The notes beneath the pieces are model-generated. The model had not been told where the DNA came from. It did not search any database and saw only the letters and a list, made by a program, of their open reading frames with translations. DNA of 64,000 nt from an uncultured virus (IMG/VR IMGVR_UViG_3300015360_000035). Lineage: Duplodnaviria; Heunggongvirae; Uroviricota; Caudoviricetes. This document shows, piece after piece, positions 8,572 to 18,001 of this stretch (position 1 is the first letter of the stretch; the number at the start of each line of letters is the position of its first letter). Location: IMG/VR virus record IMGVR_UViG_3300015360_000035. One strand, given 5' to 3'. Made by a program: the position numbers and the translations under genes.

Positions 8572-8881
8572 GTTAACTGTGAATCAAGAAAATGTTTTTA
8601 TGATCCGACATCTTTATTTAACAAGTCAGTATTTAGTATTTCTTACTAGTGGAGATTATTATTTCACTGATGAATTAAACTTAAAAGATTTCTATTCCTA
8701 TAAGCATGATGGTTCTACTAACTATTATAATCTCAAACTTATAAATGAAATAGGTTTACCAAAAGTAAAAAAACTTCTTGGTCAATTCTATGCAGCAGAG
8801 AATTTTTATAGTCTAGACTTATGGATGAAGGACATAAAGATCCTACTGTTTGAAGTTGATTTGGATAAGGCGTTACATTGA
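8567..8881 (+). CDS. Hypothetical protein with degenerate C-terminal tag (FEVDLDKALH); probable start GTG 8579
   Basis: ORF track; promoter geometry. Confidence 0.6.
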   Translation: MLLTVNQENVFMIRHLYLTSQYLVFLTSGDYYFTDELNLKDFYSYKHDGSTNYYNLKLINEIGLPKVKKLLGQFYAAENFYSLDLWMKDIKILLFEVDLDKALH

Positions 8882-9111
8882 AACTTAAAGAAGCACTTAA
8901 TACAGGATATAGGATAACTCATCCAATTTGGATACAGAGACCACATTGGTGGTATAAAAAGATAAATGAACAAGAGTTTATAGATGGACGCGGAAGTAAA
9001 AAGCTCATTAATAAACACATTATGACAGGTATAATTAATTGGACCATTCATCCAGAAGATCAAAAGATAGTAGACTTTAATAACTCATTGAATCAAATCT
9101 TAGAGGAATAG
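8878..9111 (+). CDS. 'KEALxTG' paralog family member 1, with C-terminal tag
   Basis: MKLKEALNTGYRI...WYKKI...IHPEDQKIVDFNNSLNQILEE. Confidence 0.8.
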   Translation: MKLKEALNTGYRITHPIWIQRPHWWYKKINEQEFIDGRGSKKLINKHIMTGIINWTIHPEDQKIVDFNNSLNQILEE

Positions 9112-9112
9112 A

Positions 9113-9388
9113 ATGTATAAACGAACATGTAAAACTTGTGGCATTGAAAAGCATTACAAGTATTTAGCTTTGGATAATAGAAGCCGTAGTGTTTATAAAG
9201 ATGAAACAGGAAAGCTTTGGCATGGTAAGAAATGCGGAGATTGTCAGCTCACTGAAGTAAAACGTATTTTAGATAAACAACCATTGTCTGAAAGTGTGTG
9301 CAAAGTTTGTAGTAAGGAATTTAAGAAGAAGGCTATTAAACAAATAGTCTGCTCTTTAGCTTGCTACAAAATCCTGAGAAAGTCATAG
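9113..9388 (+). CDS. Zn-finger-like protein
   Basis: CKTC, CGDC, CKVC, CSLAC. Confidence 0.65.
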   Translation: MYKRTCKTCGIEKHYKYLALDNRSRSVYKDETGKLWHGKKCGDCQLTEVKRILDKQPLSESVCKVCSKEFKKKAIKQIVCSLACYKILRKS

Positions 9389-9679
9389 CTTCTTAAGTTC
9401 TGAATTAAACTTAATAGCAGCATGAAGCTTCTTCTTCTCTGCTTCTGAAACAAAAGGATCTGTGTCAATAGGGTTTCCATCCACCCAGTATTCAGATACA
9501 TCGTCTAGGTGTCTAATCACTGCTGGTCCTTCTAGGCTATGAAGGAACTCGATCATCTTGTGATGTAAACATAGTTCATGTGCAGTTAAAGTTTCAGGAT
9601 TAGGACAATCCTTAAGAAAAGATTTCTTAACAGTAATTGTAAATCGTTTATCTTTAGTTTGAAAGGTATGAGTATTCAT
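9383..9679 (-). CDS. Hypothetical protein (HSLEGPAV...EYWVDG) with short tag (FNSELKKL)
   Basis: 'H..EGPA....EYW..G' unit common in phage proteins; own promoter and RBS. Confidence 0.7.
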   Translation of the reverse strand: MNTHTFQTKDKRFTITVKKSFLKDCPNPETLTAHELCLHHKMIEFLHSLEGPAVIRHLDDVSEYWVDGNPIDTDPFVSEAEKKKLHAAIKFNSELKKL

Positions 9680-9740
9680 TTTAGTTCCTTATCTAGGTTA
9701 ACATTAAACTTATAAGTGTCAAGTAAAGTCTTAAAGATTT

Positions 9741-9950
9741 TTAATCTTTGTCATCTGTTAGCGCCTCTAGTTTTGCATTGAACTTAATAATGTCTATGTG
9801 CTTTTTTATAATATTAGCAAGGATTAGATTATCCTCAATGTCAAAGTATAATACTTGTTGGTTTTCTAAATCAGTAATGATAATTCTAATCTCTAAAGGA
9901 ATTTTATTGTACTCTTCTTGTAGTTCTTCTACATCTTTTTCTTTACTCAT
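9741..9950 (-). CDS. Hypothetical protein with C-terminal tag (FNAKLEALTDDKD)
   Basis: ORF track; coupled to the VWA gene. Confidence 0.6.
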   Translation of the reverse strand: MSKEKDVEELQEEYNKIPLEIRIIITDLENQQVLYFDIEDNLILANIIKKHIDIIKFNAKLEALTDDKD

Positions 9951-11275
9951 TTTAATTTATCCAGCTCAATGGTTTTTCCTAGGTGTTTTAAAGGATGGTT
10001 AGTGTTACCATTCTTAGAAATAATGAATATAACTTCTCCAGAAGGTTTAATGCTTGGAGCTTCAAAATATCCATCAGTAAGTACAATGCTGAGATTAGGA
10101 TTAGTCTTTTTAATATCTTCTAGAGCTTCAGTAATATCTGTACCACCAGATTCTAGTTGATTTTCTTTTAGACGTTCTTTAAGTTTATAAGGGCGCTTAT
10201 AATACATACTTGTGTGCCAAAGAGCCAATGTACAAGTTCTAGATCCTACTTTCAAAAATCCATCCATAATACTAAGGAATTCATTCAGCTCAGTGTGAGA
10301 AATAGACCCGGACGTATCTACGTAAAAATTTAATTTTGGGAAGTCCCCAGTTTTCGTGCCAGGAGAAAATACTCCATAACGTTTATTAGGTTTCTTCCAA
10401 GTACTTTCTCTATCTGATGTAGAAACTGTACGTTTAATTGCATTCTTTAGGATTTGTTTGTAGTTTAGAGCAGAACTCATAGTTTTTAGTTCTTGAAGCA
10501 TATCTTTTACTTCACCAGGAACAATAGTATGAGTGTGTGAACTCTTTTCAATGGTTCTTTGTAGAACCTTTTGAGCTTCATCAATCATTTTCTTCTTAGT
10601 TTCTTCATCTAGATCATCCCAGTTGTGCTCATCAAAAGAATTAGGAAACTTTTCTAGCATTTCATTTACGTTACCTTTAGTTTTCTTATTTCCCTTTTGC
10701 TTTTCAGCTTCTTTTTTAATAAGGTCATAATAACTTTCCATGGTCTGCAAAGTAGGAAAAGGAGAACCATTATCTAGCTTCCAATCCTTAACATCTACCC
10801 ATTTACCAGGACAAGAATCTTTTAATTCCTGACTTGAATGAAGAGCTTCCCATTCTTCTGGGGTTTTTGTATCTTTATCTTTACAAGCTTCACAACCTTT
10901 TGCGGTTAGATTAATATATTGATTAATAGCCATGTCGCCAGCTAGGTTATAAAGCATCTTTTCTTGATTAGATACTTCTTTATTAAGAAAAGGTAATCTA
11001 AATAAATGTTTATTAGTAAAGTGAAGCATCTCATGTTGAAATACTGAAACCTTTAGCTCATTATTTAGTCTAGTAATAAAGTAGTCAGGATTTACATACA
11101 TTTCATACTGAGTAGTCTTTTGATTAAAAGTAATCCCTGCAGTTGGCACCATGTATGTGTATTTAACTGTAAGGACCTGTAATAAGTTACCATAGAATGA
11201 TTCTTGTTCAGTTAATCTAAAAATAGTAGCTTGCAGAGCCAGCTTTTTCTCTTCAGTAGTAAATTTTTTTGTCAT
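9947..11275 (-). CDS. HExxH metallopeptidase-like plus VWA domain protein (DUF2201-like)
   Basis: 'HEMLH...NLAGDMAINQ'; MIDAS 'VDTSGS', 'GGTD', 'LTDGY'. Confidence 0.85.
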   Translation of the reverse strand: MTKKFTTEEKKLALQATIFRLTEQESFYGNLLQVLTVKYTYMVPTAGITFNQKTTQYEMYVNPDYFITRLNNELKVSVFQHEMLHFTNKHLFRLPFLNKEVSNQEKMLYNLAGDMAINQYINLTAKGCEACKDKDTKTPEEWEALHSSQELKDSCPGKWVDVKDWKLDNGSPFPTLQTMESYYDLIKKEAEKQKGNKKTKGNVNEMLEKFPNSFDEHNWDDLDEETKKKMIDEAQKVLQRTIEKSSHTHTIVPGEVKDMLQELKTMSSALNYKQILKNAIKRTVSTSDRESTWKKPNKRYGVFSPGTKTGDFPKLNFYVDTSGSISHTELNEFLSIMDGFLKVGSRTCTLALWHTSMYYKRPYKLKERLKENQLESGGTDITEALEDIKKTNPNLSIVLTDGYFEAPSIKPSGEVIFIISKNGNTNHPLKHLGKTIELDKLK

Positions 11276-11278
11276 GTA

Positions 11279-12340
11279 TTAAGCCTGTTTATATTTTCTT
11301 ACAGAATTAATAAGAGTTTTTAATTCAGGATTAGACTTTACTAGACGAGCTAGCATTGTTTCATCATCTCTTTTAATAGTTAGGTTTCTAATAAGAGGAA
11401 CTCCCTGCTCAACTGGAATAACTTTGAGTACTTCGACAAGAAGTTCATCAGCAATTGTTCCATCATCTGTAATATCTTTTACAGTTAAAGAAATAAGACC
11501 ATTTTTATAGTTATCGGGGTCAGAAAACTTAGCAAGTTTAGCCAAAGATTCAACTTTATGCTTCAAAATATGAGAATACATTACTGGACTTTCATTATGA
11601 AGGAAACTATAGAAGTCTTTCCCAACATTTCCACCAAGAATAGTGTCAAGAATCATCTGTTCTTCTTCATGACTGAAGCCAGCTCGTAATGCAGCATTAA
11701 GTTTAGAGAATGTGCGTGGACTGTTGTATTTAGCTCCAGGAGTGTTGCCGATTTGTTCAGGAAGTTGGTAAACCCAAGTACCAGATTCAACAAAATTACG
11801 AATGTCTTTATTCCATTCAGTTTCTTCCATGTATTCCATGAAGGATTTCTTATCATAAGAGACTGCAAACATCTCAAAACGGTCCTTAAGAGCAGGGTCC
11901 ATTGTAGTTACGTCACACAATCCTTCTTCAGCATTAACACTTGCTACAATAATCCAACCATCTGGGAGCTTATAGCCATCAAAACCACGTCTAGCATCAG
12001 CTAGGGCAAGAATACACTGCATAATACTAGGTTGAGATCTATTCATCTCTTCTAAAATGATAACCCCTTTACCTTCATCTGGCCAAAAGTATGGAGTTGC
12101 GAAGTTAAGACGTTGACGTCCTTTAACAATTTCAATATTTGGAAAGCCTTTAAAGTCTGGAGGATCAATAGTAGATAAAGATAGTGTAACTGATTCAAGA
12201 CCTCTAGATTTAGCCCATTGCTGAATAATCTCAGTCTTACCAAGCCCAGGAGCACCAACAAAACAAGGATTAAAAATATCCCCATTAGTTCTTGCTCGTA
12301 CCGTCATATCCAAAATACTATGAATTTTATTAGGCGTCAT
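11279..12340 (-). CDS. MoxR-like AAA+ ATPase
   Basis: Walker A GAPGLGKT; Walker B IILEEMNR; 'MDPALKDRF'; 'SPRT'. Confidence 0.85.
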   Translation of the reverse strand: MTPNKIHSILDMTVRARTNGDIFNPCFVGAPGLGKTEIIQQWAKSRGLESVTLSLSTIDPPDFKGFPNIEIVKGRQRLNFATPYFWPDEGKGVIILEEMNRSQPSIMQCILALADARRGFDGYKLPDGWIIVASVNAEEGLCDVTTMDPALKDRFEMFAVSYDKKSFMEYMEETEWNKDIRNFVESGTWVYQLPEQIGNTPGAKYNSPRTFSKLNAALRAGFSHEEEQMILDTILGGNVGKDFYSFLHNESPVMYSHILKHKVESLAKLAKFSDPDNYKNGLISLTVKDITDDGTIADELLVEVLKVIPVEQGVPLIRNLTIKRDDETMLARLVKSNPELKTLINSVRKYKQA

Positions 12341-12394
12341 TTCCTTCTCTCTTTCTTTTATAAGACTACACTTATTAAACTAAAAAAACAAGTA

Positions 12395-12646
12395 CTATTT
12401 TAATATTTCTTCTAAATTTTTGTTAAAATCTATTAATTTTTGATCTTCGGGATGTATAAACCAAGAAGTGCCTATATACATAAGAGTATCTATATATTCA
12501 ATAATAAGACGTTTCTTAGGTTCTAATGAAAATATAAATTCTTTTTCATTAATTTTTTTATACCAATAATTATTATAATCATCTACATAGGATAGATGGC
12601 CATTTTGTATTCTGCATCCAGTATCTAAGGCTTCTTTAAAGGTCAT
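12395..12646 (-). CDS. 'KEALxTG' paralog family member 2, with C-terminal tag
   Basis: MTFKEALDTGCRI...WYKKI...IHPEDQKLIDFNKNLEEILK. Confidence 0.8.
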   Translation of the reverse strand: MTFKEALDTGCRIQNGHLSYVDDYNNYWYKKINEKEFIFSLEPKKRLIIEYIDTLMYIGTSWFIHPEDQKLIDFNKNLEEILK

Positions 12647-12827
12647 CTAAAATACTTTCTAAATTATCATTAAATTCTTTAAGTTTAATCAAATCATCTA
12701 TATATTTCCGAGCAAGCATTATACTTCCATAAGTACAACCACAAAAAATGATATTTTCTGATTTATTATGAAATATATCCTTATTGGCTAAGAATGGATG
12801 AAACATTACTTCATATCCTCTATACAT
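12636..12827 (-). CDS. Hypothetical protein with C-terminal tag (FNDNLESILDDL)
   Basis: ORF track; motif. Confidence 0.65.
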   Translation of the reverse strand: MYRGYEVMFHPFLANKDIFHNKSENIIFCGCTYGSIMLARKYIDDLIKLKEFNDNLESILDDL

Positions 12828-12831
12828 TATA

Positions 12832-13092
12832 TTATTTATTATCCTTATGAAACATACTATCTCTTGTTAGCTGATGACTTCCATTTGGAAACTCAACTTC
12901 AACTTGTTCTTTACCCACATCAGCAACTAAAATTGTAGATTCTTTAGACAGTAAATACTTTTCTACATCTTTAATGGCTTGAGAATATCCTGCAAGGTAT
13001 GAATCTTTAGCTGCACAAATTACTTGCCAATCTTTATATTTATTAGTAAAATCTAAACATTTCTTTTCATAGGAATTCATTGTAACTTTCAC
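12832..13092 (-). CDS. Hypothetical protein
   Basis: ORF track, operon context. Confidence 0.55.
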   Translation of the reverse strand: MKVTMNSYEKKCLDFTNKYKDWQVICAAKDSYLAGYSQAIKDVEKYLLSKESTILVADVGKEQVEVEFPNGSHQLTRDSMFHKDNK

Positions 13093-13987
13093 TTATTCTC
13101 CTTAGCAGTTCTTTAAATTCAGAAGCAGAACACCCCAAATTTAAACGACCGTGTTCAATGTCTTCTCCAAAGTGATCACCAGATAAATAAGATATGTTTC
13201 TATCTTTAAAGTACTTAGACATATTCTTCTTTTTAAACCAAATAAAATGACCAGATGAATTTAGTATGTGAAGTTTTGTTTTGATCTTCTTTAATTGGTT
13301 CCATCTACTCAATAATACTTTACTGCCATAATCAAAGCAAGTATTTTTATTATTAAGTTGGGATTTTATTATCGCAACAGCTTTCTCTTGAGCCTCACCG
13401 CACACTCCACCACTATTTATTTCAATATATTGTGTCAAATCTTTGGCCAGTTTTGGATCTGATACGACACACCAACCAATTCTAGTACTAGCAAATCCTG
13501 TAGCTTTAGATATGGTAAAGACCATTATGTCTTGATTATATTCAATTGGATCAGTGTATTGTTTCCAATTATAGGATAAATCGAATATTTTATTAGGATG
13601 TTCGCTCCAGGATACAGAACCATCAGGATTATTAGGACTAGTTATGATTTGGTAACCATCGTATTGGTCAATACTCCAAGAAACACCAGCTTGAGCAGCA
13701 AGTAGAGGAAATCTACTAAAGTAGGGAGAATTACACCAGATGTTTTTTCCTAAAACGTGAAAAAGAGCCTGAAGTATTTGCGAAGCTCCATTTCCAACTA
13801 CAATATACTTATCTTCTACAATAGCATTCTTTTCTTGTTTATGGAGTTTTCTAATGCTTTCTTCTAAAGAGGGTAGAATTCCATAAATATAGGAAAATCT
13901 ATCCTTATGTTTAATATTTAATTTAATATTAGACCAATAGGGAGCCAAATAACGTGGCGAACCCCAAAGAAGATTAAGATTCTTCAC
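13067..13987 (-). CDS. PLP-dependent aminotransferase resembling plant TAA1/alliinase (Alliinase_C-like)
   Basis: 'KYIVVGNGASQ', 'TSPNNPDG', 'DLSYNWKQYT', 'DIMVFTISKATGFASTRIGW' with Schiff-base Lys. Confidence 0.8.
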   Translation of the reverse strand: MKNLNLLWGSPRYLAPYWSNIKLNIKHKDRFSYIYGILPSLEESIRKLHKQEKNAIVEDKYIVVGNGASQILQALFHVLGKNIWCNSPYFSRFPLLAAQAGVSWSIDQYDGYQIITSPNNPDGSVSWSEHPNKIFDLSYNWKQYTDPIEYNQDIMVFTISKATGFASTRIGWCVVSDPKLAKDLTQYIEINSGGVCGEAQEKAVAIIKSQLNNKNTCFDYGSKVLLSRWNQLKKIKTKLHILNSSGHFIWFKKKNMSKYFKDRNISYLSGDHFGEDIEHGRLNLGCSASEFKELLRRISESYNEFL

Positions 13988-14451
13988 TTTTTAAGTTCTC
14001 TTAATATTTGCCTTCTTACTTGTCGACTAACATTATCTAAGAAGAACTTTTGGGTAATATGCTCATACTCATGTTGAAATATTCTAGCTTCTTTTCCATA
14101 AAGAACAGCTTGTTTTCTCTCAAAGTTAGCGTCATCATACTCAACTGTAATTTGATCAGGACGAATAACGTCTAGAAATATACCCTTTAGGCTAAGACAA
14201 CCTTCTTTATCTAACACAGAGCCATGAGAATAGAGTATAGAAGGATTAATGAAGGGAAAGATTTGTCCTTTTTCTAAGGTAACAAGAAATAGTTGCTTTG
14301 AGATCCCCAGCTGGTTCGCAGCTATGCCCACGCCCCTATTTTCAATCATGATCTTTGTCATATCAGCAACTAAAGATTCGACATCATCCTCTTTAGTTAT
14401 AAGATCACATTTAGCTAGCAGAATAGGATTTGGGTATTGTACAAGTTTCAT
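13984..14451 (-). CDS. def: Peptide deformylase
   Basis: GVGIAANQLG, EGCLS, QHEYEH. Confidence 0.9.
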   Translation of the reverse strand: MKLVQYPNPILLAKCDLITKEDDVESLVADMTKIMIENRGVGIAANQLGISKQLFLVTLEKGQIFPFINPSILYSHGSVLDKEGCLSLKGIFLDVIRPDQITVEYDDANFERKQAVLYGKEARIFQHEYEHITQKFFLDNVSRQVRRQILRELKK

Positions 14452-14801
14452 TATTTACTTTTCTTTTTTAAAGTGTGAACAGGTCTACGATCATCTAAAT
14501 GAGCCAATCCTCTAGCATTATAGTCAAGAATAAACATAAGATTACATAAAGCGGCAGCGAGATGGTGACAGTTTGATTCAGGATCTATATCTTGTCTTTC
14601 TTCCCAATTAGCAATATGTCGTTTAGCTGCAGATATTACTCGACTATAGTGAAGGCCATTTGCCCAATTAAATGGCGCATATTTGCGCTGCCCGAAATCT
14701 AATACTTTTGCAAGTTCTTCCATAGCATAAGTACTAATTAAATAAAGAGGAGCTTTTCCACCATCATACTTTAAACCTTTAGACTTTTTCTTTTTCATCA
14801 T
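14451..14801 (-). CDS. dATP/dGTP diphosphohydrolase-like (DUF5664-type)
   Basis: 'GLKYDGGK', 'KYAPFNW', 'DPES..HHLA.A.CN..F'. Confidence 0.8.
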   Translation of the reverse strand: MMKKKKSKGLKYDGGKAPLYLISTYAMEELAKVLDFGQRKYAPFNWANGLHYSRVISAAKRHIANWEERQDIDPESNCHHLAAALCNLMFILDYNARGLAHLDDRRPVHTLKKKSK

Positions 14802-15003
14802 TATCCTCTAAATTCTTCTAGACTAAAATAAACATTTAAAGTTAAAGCTACTTCAACAAGAGCTACAATTAATCCCCCAACATCATACCCTTTGGTAAAT
14901 ATATAATAAGGTAAACCTAAATATAAAGCAATAATTATTAAAATTTTTGTAAAAAACCAACAAGTAGTTAATATATTTCTAAAAAATATTCTAAAGAAGC
15001 TTG

Positions 15004-15555
15004 TCATTTTAACCTCTTTAATAATTCTACATATAATAGGAAGGTAGCTTTAGCATCATTTGCTGCATCATGGGCAGGATGTGGAAAAGTTACTCCAAAT
15101 CTAGCACAACCCTTCTTTAATCCGCCCTGCATAGAAGATTTATTAGCTAATTGAATACTTTGTACTAAAGTTTTAGTATCTAAGCATCTATATCCAAATG
15201 CCCAATCTTCTTCTTTCATACCTTGAGCAATAAGTTGCTTCTTTAATTCGAGATGATCCCCTGATCCCCAAGTAATTAAGGATGTTTTTGCTTCATATTT
15301 TTGATGAACAGCTTTTAATTTATTATAGGCTTCTAATAAAGTAGTTCCTTTAGATTGAAGTTTATAATCAGTAATATGAGTCAGTTGTTCAATATAAGGA
15401 ATTAAAGGTTTATCGATCTTAACAAAGAAAGAATTGGTTTCTAGGATTTCTCCAGTATACACATTTCCTGTACAAGATCCCAATTGTATAATATCTGTAG
15501 TATGGGTATTTTCTTCGTTCTTATTGAGTTCTAGGTCGATTGCTGTAAATATCAC
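15004..15555 (-). CDS. DEDDh 3'-5' exonuclease
   Basis: 'IDLE', 'TWGSGD', 'HDAANDA'. Confidence 0.85.
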   Translation of the reverse strand: MIFTAIDLELNKNEENTHTTDIIQLGSCTGNVYTGEILETNSFFVKIDKPLIPYIEQLTHITDYKLQSKGTTLLEAYNKLKAVHQKYEAKTSLITWGSGDHLELKKQLIAQGMKEEDWAFGYRCLDTKTLVQSIQLANKSSMQGGLKKGCARFGVTFPHPAHDAANDAKATFLLYVELLKRLK

Positions 15556-15941
15556 GCATTAACTCTTTTCCATAGACCGAAGCTTTTCTTATCTATTTTA
15601 ACAGAAAGATTACTTTGAAATACATACTTGTGTTGTCTATCTATTATATTTACTTTAAGTTTTATATACTCAGGATTAGTGTATTGAACTTTAATAATTT
15701 CAAGATCAGTATCTAGGGTATAAGAATGTCGCCAATATTCATAAGGTCTAAACATTCTTTTTTACCGTAATATAAGATTCGATAAGCATTCTATCAATCT
15801 CTTCGACTTTAGTATCAATATATAATTCAGCAGCATTAGTTAATATAATGGTTGTAAAGTGGTTATCTTGATAGTAGTGACTAATATGTTGACTATTGAT
15901 TCTATGTTGAACTCCATGTATTGATTTTAATAATAAGAATG

Positions 15942-16367
15942 TCATAATTTAATCTTTCCCTTCAATAAATCTACAGTTACTATGTTAAAATCTTCACCAC
16001 CATATTTAAAATAGTCTTTTCCGCCATCAACATCACACCCGCCACAGGAACAAGTAGAATAATCGTGTCTGTAGGAGCTAAAGATGACTTCATTACAATT
16101 AAGACAATGAATACCTTTTCGATAACGCTCTGTTTCCATTTCCTTTGAGCTTCTTCCTCTAACTAGACCTTGTCCACCTTGTGTAATTTGAAGAAGCATA
16201 TACTTTTTATGCCCTTTGGATTTATCTGGTTTAGCTGCTTTATAAAGTGAAACTGGAAGATATTCTTCTCCAACGCAAAAACTATTAATGAAGGTTAATC
16301 CACCTGAAAATTTCTTATTAATGTATTCCAGATCAAAATTAAAATGATTCTTTATCTGAATTCTCAT
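15942..16367 (-). CDS. Zn-binding phage protein
   Basis: 'CLNCNEVIFSSYRHDYSTCSCG..VDGG.DY' motif common in phages. Confidence 0.65.
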   Translation of the reverse strand: MRIQIKNHFNFDLEYINKKFSGGLTFINSFCVGEEYLPVSLYKAAKPDKSKGHKKYMLLQITQGGQGLVRGRSSKEMETERYRKGIHCLNCNEVIFSSYRHDYSTCSCGGCDVDGGKDYFKYGGEDFNIVTVDLLKGKIKL

Positions 16368-16588
16368 GATCAGTCCTTTCTAAAAAATCTACAAAAACCT
16401 CAAATTCTTCAAACACTCCCGGAGCTAAAAGCCAACTTTCAGTTTTATAGGAAACTCGATCAGGTTCAATATGTAGTTTATTTAAGGAGTAGCTTCCATC
16501 TGAATATCTAACAAAATCATATTTAGGATAATCCCAAGACCAAGAGATCTCACCTAATAGTTCTTTGAATGATTTAATAGTAGGAATA

Positions 16589-16966
16589 TTAGCACTTGAC
16601 ACAAATACCTCCATCGATCAACCAAATAGCATCGCTCTCTTTAACGGTAGTACAGGAAATATGTAGATTATACTTTTTACCTTTATAAGCATAGTTCAGT
16701 ATTTCAAAATTATAAATATGTTTCATTCCTTTTGTATACATTCTAGTAAAAGTACAAGGAACTGCTTTTAAATTTGTAAGGGCTACTTCTCTACCAATCT
16801 TTTTATTAAAAACGTCTTTAGGAGATTTGATTGAAATACCTACAGGAAGTAAAATGTCTGTTGCATGAGATTTAATAAGAACCTCTTCAAAGAATTCTTT
16901 CTTAGGAAATTCAATAGCAATAGTAGAAATTAAGAGCGCTTGGTGAGTTGTATGATAAAATTGCAT
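16589..16966 (-). CDS. Hypothetical protein
   Basis: 'SPKDVFNKKIGREVA' resembles a common phage motif. Confidence 0.6.
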   Translation of the reverse strand: MQFYHTTHQALLISTIAIEFPKKEFFEEVLIKSHATDILLPVGISIKSPKDVFNKKIGREVALTNLKAVPCTFTRMYTKGMKHIYNFEILNYAYKGKKYNLHISCTTVKESDAIWLIDGGICVKC

Positions 16967-16988
16967 TTATTCTCCTTTATTTGTTTTT

Positions 16989-17219
16989 TCATTTTCCCTC
17001 CGGTAAAGAATACTCTCTAGATAGTTCGAATAGCTTACTTCTTGTAGCTTCATAAGCAGCATATTCATCTTCTTTAAGATTCTCATATTTAAGCTTAGCT
17101 CTTAAAAAGTTATCTAGTTCATGAATAACACTAGAATAATCAGGAGCAGATAGAGCTTGTCTAAAATAATACTTATCTTCTGTATCATCTAAATTAAAAG
17201 ACATATTTACTTTAGCCAT
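16989..17219 (-). CDS. Hypothetical phage protein
   Basis: ORF track; 'ELDNFLRAKLKY'. Confidence 0.6.
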   Translation of the reverse strand: MAKVNMSFNLDDTEDKYYFRQALSAPDYSSVIHELDNFLRAKLKYENLKEDEYAAYEATRSKLFELSREYSLPEGK

Positions 17220-17577
17220 AAAGGGTTACTCCTTTTGACATTTTTCCCATTTCTTCTTTAAAAGAATCATAAGATATTTTATCTTGTAGAAAATTATAAT
17301 AAAGTTTTGCAATTTTGAGTTTAAATGCCATAGACTTCTTACCAAGAATCAAGAAAGTTAATATATATTCTGGGAAAAACACTAGAAGTTTCACTAACAT
17401 TTGCTTTTTAAGCCATTTAATTTTCTTTACTTCTTTTACAATACGTTCTATATCAATATCTGTTTCTGACTCAAAAGTTGAATATAGTAAGGATTGTTCA
17501 TATTCAGATAGCTTTCTTCCTTGTGTTAGCATCGATAGTATCCAATTCTTATCTTCTAGGCTAAACTTTGCACTCAT
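17212..17577 (-). CDS. Hypothetical protein, first gene of the leftward block (leaderless)
   Basis: ORF track; promoter geometry. Confidence 0.6.
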   Translation of the reverse strand: MSAKFSLEDKNWILSMLTQGRKLSEYEQSLLYSTFESETDIDIERIVKEVKKIKWLKKQMLVKLLVFFPEYILTFLILGKKSMAFKLKIAKLYYNFLQDKISYDSFKEEMGKMSKGVTLYG

Positions 17578-17583
17578 ACACAG

Positions 17584-17612
17584 AGTTTAACAATTATTTT
17601 TATAAAATGCAA
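17584..17612 (-). promoter_or_regulatory. sigma70-like promoter, leaderless
   Basis: TTGCAT-N17-TAAACT-N6-ATG. Confidence 0.65.
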
Positions 17613-17614
17613 AT

Positions 17615-17627
17615 AAATTAACAAGTA
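17615..17627 (+). promoter_or_regulatory. Late promoter motif AAATTAACAAGTA
   Basis: At the strand-switch point, upstream of the packaging operon. Confidence 0.65.
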
Positions 17628-17739
17628 AGTATAAGATAGTGCGAGTAATGCAGATATCCTTATATAGGAAATAATCAATTAAAGCTGTTTACACTCTACA
17701 ATCTATTTTAATATTCGTACCCAAACAAAGGATCGAGTT

Positions 17740-18000
17740 ATGTCCAAATACTTGAATTTACCGTCTTTTTTACTTTCTTTCTTTCTAATCAGACTTTTAA
17801 TCACTGGTTGTGGCATTGGAGATTCTATAGCTTTAGTGGCTTTATCTTCTTTATATGGCTTTTATTGCTATTTGGATAGTAGAAAGGAACCCGAACTTAA
17901 TAAAGATTATAAAGATCGACTATTGGCATTAGAAGAACAAATTAAAACTACACGAGAGAAAGTAAACTCAATTACTTTAGGTTCTCATTTGAGAAAATAG
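17740..18000 (+). CDS. Small membrane protein with coiled-coil tail
   Basis: Two hydrophobic segments. Confidence 0.55.
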   Translation: MSKYLNLPSFLLSFFLIRLLITGCGIGDSIALVALSSLYGFYCYLDSRKEPELNKDYKDRLLALEEQIKTTREKVNSITLGSHLRK

Positions 18001-18001
18001 A

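Noticed and set aside
14451..14801. Evidence for a Z-genome (2-aminoadenine) system
   Set aside because: A DUF5664-like gene alone is insufficient; no PurZ or DatZ is visible in the window.
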